A DNA stretch of 64,000 nt from Calditrichaceae bacterium (GTDB lineage: Bacteria > Calditrichota > Calditrichia > Calditrichales > JBFXGD01). Positions 61,040 to 64,000 of this stretch are shown piece after piece. The stretch spans positions 160,001-224,000 of the forward strand of contig JBFXLE010000003.1 in NCBI GenBank assembly GCA_050173015.1, in the 5' to 3' direction. The notes under the pieces were generated by a model. It saw nothing but the letters and a program-made list of their open reading frames with translations, was not told where the DNA came from and made no database searches. Each line of letters begins with the position of its first letter. The stretch's first letter is position 1. Both the position numbers and the translations under genes were made by a program.

Positions 61040-62118
61040 TGTTTCATCTTACAGACAGATATCTGACACGTCAGTTCGCGATCAATCTATTTATAGCAAT
61101 TGTGACATGGATTGTTATTTTTCTTGTTGTGGATATTATTGAACATATCTCAAAATTTCTTGACCGGGGCGCGACACTCAGTCAGTTCACATTATATTAT
61201 TTGTATTATATCCCATATATCATCAGTCTTACCCTGCCTGTTGCCATGCTGCTTGCTACATTATTTTCACTCAGCACGTTTGCCCAGCATAATGAAATTG
61301 TCGCGCAGCTTTCTTCCGGAATCAGTTTATACCGGATATTAAGCCCGTTATTTTTTCTTGCCTTTATGATAAGTATAGCGGCCGGTTTTTTTAACGAGAT
61401 TGTCGTTCCCGAAGCGAATCAGCGAAGATACGATATTTACCGCTATGAAATTTCCAAAAATCCGAGAACCTCCGGCACCTCACGGTCAAATATCTATATT
61501 CAGGATTCCGCCAACCGCAAATTCGTAATTAAATATTTTAACAGCAAATCCAACGAAGCAAGCAGTGTCAGCATACAGACGTTTAAAGGCGCCGTTCTTG
61601 TCGAACGTCTGGACGCGAAGAAAATGTTATGGAAAGACAGTCATTGGCTGTTAAGTGAAGGAACCGTAAGGGACTTTTCGAAGGATCACGAAAGTATTTA
61701 CACTTTTACGGATTCAACCCTCACCGAATCAAGGGTAACACCAGAAAATTTAATTGATATACAAAAGAAACCGGAAGAAATGAGTTTTGAGGAGCTTAAT
61801 CGCTTTATTTCAGAATTAAAGGCCATCGGTGCAGATGTAAGAAAATGGCTTGTAGAAAGACATTTGAAAATCGCCATGCCGTTTACTAATTTTATTGTCG
61901 TATTGCTGGGCGCGCCACTCGCATCGAGAAAAAGACGCGGCGGCATCGGGCTTAATTTCGGACTGAGTCTTCTGGTCAGCTTTATTTATTTTATTATCAT
62001 ACGAACCGGGCAGGTTTTTGGCCATCAGGGAACTCTCGATCCCTTTATCGGCGCCTGGCTGGGAAATTTAATTTTTGTTTCATTGGGTCTGATTTCATTG
62101 TTTTCAGTGCAAAAATAA
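61039..62118 (+). CDS. lptG: LPS export permease LptG/YjgQ family
   Basis: DRYL, LPVAMLLA, NEIVA..SSG, PEEMS, KIAMPF; coupled to lptF. Confidence 0.88.
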   Translation: MFHLTDRYLTRQFAINLFIAIVTWIVIFLVVDIIEHISKFLDRGATLSQFTLYYLYYIPYIISLTLPVAMLLATLFSLSTFAQHNEIVAQLSSGISLYRILSPLFFLAFMISIAAGFFNEIVVPEANQRRYDIYRYEISKNPRTSGTSRSNIYIQDSANRKFVIKYFNSKSNEASSVSIQTFKGAVLVERLDAKKMLWKDSHWLLSEGTVRDFSKDHESIYTFTDSTLTESRVTPENLIDIQKKPEEMSFEELNRFISELKAIGADVRKWLVERHLKIAMPFTNFIVVLLGAPLASRKRRGGIGLNFGLSLLVSFIYFIIIRTGQVFGHQGTLDPFIGAWLGNLIFVSLGLISLFSVQK

Positions 62119-62157
62119 TCTAATTATATAGATACTAAACAAAAAGAGATCTACGAA

Positions 62158-64000
62158 TTGTCGAAACACAAATACGTGCTTTCTCTTCATTACTTATATT
62201 TATTTTTGCTTCTGCTGTGTATTTTGGCGCATGCGAATGATCCCAAATTTGTCATACAACCCGCGTATTTCGATTCCGGGATAAATATTGACGGATACCT
62301 GAACGAACAAGTCTGGAAATCGGCCGCTCAAATCAGAAATTTTTACACTTATCAGCCGGTGGACGGTCATCCCGCGGAAGATCACACTGCCGCCTTAATT
62401 GGATATGACCGAAATAATCTTTATATAGCGCTCATCTGTTTCGACCGGGAACCTGAAAAAATACGAACGACCCTCAGCAAACGTGATGATATTTTTACGG
62501 ATGATCTTATTCTTCTTTATATTGATACGTTTAATGAAGGAAAAACCGCTTATCAATTCGCTTTCAACCCTTATGGGATTCAGGCGGACGGCTTACTGAC
62601 TGAATACACCAGCGAAGATTTTAATCCTGACTTTATTCTGTATTCAAAAGGCAGAATGATCAAAAACGGCTACATTATTGAAGCGAAAATACCATTTAAA
62701 AGTCTGCGGTTTCCCGAAAAAGATATCATGGACTGGAAAATAGGTATTTTGAGAATCATTCAACATAGCGGACAGGTGCTGGTCTGGCCGGCCATATCTC
62801 TCGATTCCCCCATGTTCATAGGACAATTCGGAACACTAAAAAATATCTCTCATATCAAAGGTGGCAGCCGACTTGAAATTTTGCCGGAAATCGCGGCGAT
62901 TCAGGAGGGTTCCATTGAAGAAAACGAGTTTGAAGATCACCCCGCTCAGGTAGAAGCAGGTCTGAACATCCGTTATGGTCTGGCTTCTGATTTGAGTCTT
63001 GGCCTTACGGTAAATCCTGATTTTAGTCAGGTGGAAGCGGATGCCAATAAAATAGATGTTAATCGCCGCTACCCGCTCCGGTATAATGAAAAAAGACCTT
63101 TTTTTCTTGAAGGGGTAGATCTTTTTCAGACTCCGATAGAAGCGGTTTATACAAGACAGCTGCTCGATCCGCTCTGCGGTGCTAAAATTACAGGCAGAAT
63201 GGGAGATTACTCCATAGGAATTTTAAGCGAAGCCGATCAGTATGAAGGAAGCTCTGATTTTCTGAACTCACTTGACATTGATCCTGCCCTCAATAATAAA
63301 TATCGTGATAAGTATACGTTTAACCATATATTGAGAGTGAAACGTAACTTATCGCCGCTTTCATTCATAGGTTTACTTGTCACTGACAGGGAATTTAGCA
63401 ATACCTACAACCGCGTCTATGGGGCGGACGGTCAATTTGCATTCAGTGAAAATTATGTTTTGACATTTCAGGGATTGTTCTCACAATCAATGCCTGTCAC
63501 CGGATCCGGATATATAGAAGATCCGGCATTGTTCGCGTCTCTATACCGGGGCAGCCGCAATTTTAATTTTCAGTTTTATTATAATGATATTTATCCTGAT
63601 TTCGTAGCCGCGAACGGTTTTATTGAACGGACCGATGTGAGGGAAGCAGGCCTGCAAATATGGTATGACTTTTTATGGCATGAACATTTTCTGCAAAAGG
63701 TGACTCCATCTTTCTATTACAGCCAAATTTTCGATCACGAGAGCAATTTAATAGAAAACAGTATCGTTCCTTCTGTTTCGGTTGATATCAGAACGCAGAC
63801 ATCGCTGAAATTTCAGTATTACTACCAAATGGAAGAATACTTTTTGAAGGAATTTCCAAAAGATCATTATTCTGTGACTCTTGACAACAAATCCTTATCA
63901 TGGCTTCACGCCAATCTTTACGCAGGCACCGGGGATGAAATATATTATTACGGAACCCCCGCCTTTCTCGGAAAATCAATATACATCACCGCCGATTTCA
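62158..64000 (+). CDS. CBM9-like / DUF5916 outer-membrane protein (runs off the window end)
   Basis: Not in the ORF track; open frame from TTG at 62158 with IDGYLNEQVW, IDTFNEG..AYQFAFNPYGIQ, TVNPDFSQVEAD, EKRPFFLEG. Confidence 0.85.
   Translation, partial: MSKHKYVLSLHYLYLFLLLLCILAHANDPKFVIQPAYFDSGINIDGYLNEQVWKSAAQIRNFYTYQPVDGHPAEDHTAALIGYDRNNLYIALICFDREPEKIRTTLSKRDDIFTDDLILLYIDTFNEGKTAYQFAFNPYGIQADGLLTEYTSEDFNPDFILYSKGRMIKNGYIIEAKIPFKSLRFPEKDIMDWKIGILRIIQHSGQVLVWPAISLDSPMFIGQFGTLKNISHIKGGSRLEILPEIAAIQEGSIEENEFEDHPAQVEAGLNIRYGLASDLSLGLTVNPDFSQVEADANKIDVNRRYPLRYNEKRPFFLEGVDLFQTPIEAVYTRQLLDPLCGAKITGRMGDYSIGILSEADQYEGSSDFLNSLDIDPALNNKYRDKYTFNHILRVKRNLSPLSFIGLLVTDREFSNTYNRVYGADGQFAFSENYVLTFQGLFSQSMPVTGSGYIEDPALFASLYRGSRNFNFQFYYNDIYPDFVAANGFIERTDVREAGLQIWYDFLWHEHFLQKVTPSFYYSQIFDHESNLIENSIVPSVSVDIRTQTSLKFQYYYQMEEYFLKEFPKDHYSVTLDNKSLSWLHANLYAGTGDEIYYYGTPAFLGKSIYITADF

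Overview
This is a gene-dense, mostly minus-strand 64 kb segment of a diderm bacterial chromosome. The gene content (SprA, PorV-like barrels, a FlgD/CTD cargo protein, ExbB-ExbD-ExbD-TonB, LptF/G, DUF5916) suggests an FCB-related lineage such as Calditrichota; this is an inference. I saw no mobile element, prophage or CRISPR array. Housekeeping content includes deoB (partial), glnA, speB, an arginine decarboxylase, priA, rplI/rpsR/rpsF, pth, rplY, prmA, lptF/G, tRNA-Gly(CCC) and tRNA-Gln(TTG). Seven items stand out. (1) A nine-gene MglA/MglB small-GTPase signalling operon has extra roadblock-like, DUF4388-like and kinase-less HAMP proteins and is headed by a PAS histidine kinase and a receiver. 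(2) A selenocysteine peroxiredoxin (PrxU) is split by the ORF caller at an in-frame UGA that is followed by a SECIS-like hairpin. (3) An orphan five-gene envelope operon encodes LPP20-like, TPR-SLH lipoprotein, FlgT-like, CsgG-like and FecR-like proteins. (4) A T9SS-like locus places sprA directly ahead of a glutaminyl-cyclase-like M28 enzyme, and several secreted proteins in the window have Gln at +1. (5) Twin divergent ECF promoters (TGAAAC-N17-TGTCT) flank the sigma/anti-sigma locus. (6) An S6:S18-type leader precedes rpsF. (7) A membrane pyrophosphatase gene sits inside the ribosomal-protein cluster. All product calls come from motif recognition, not database searches.
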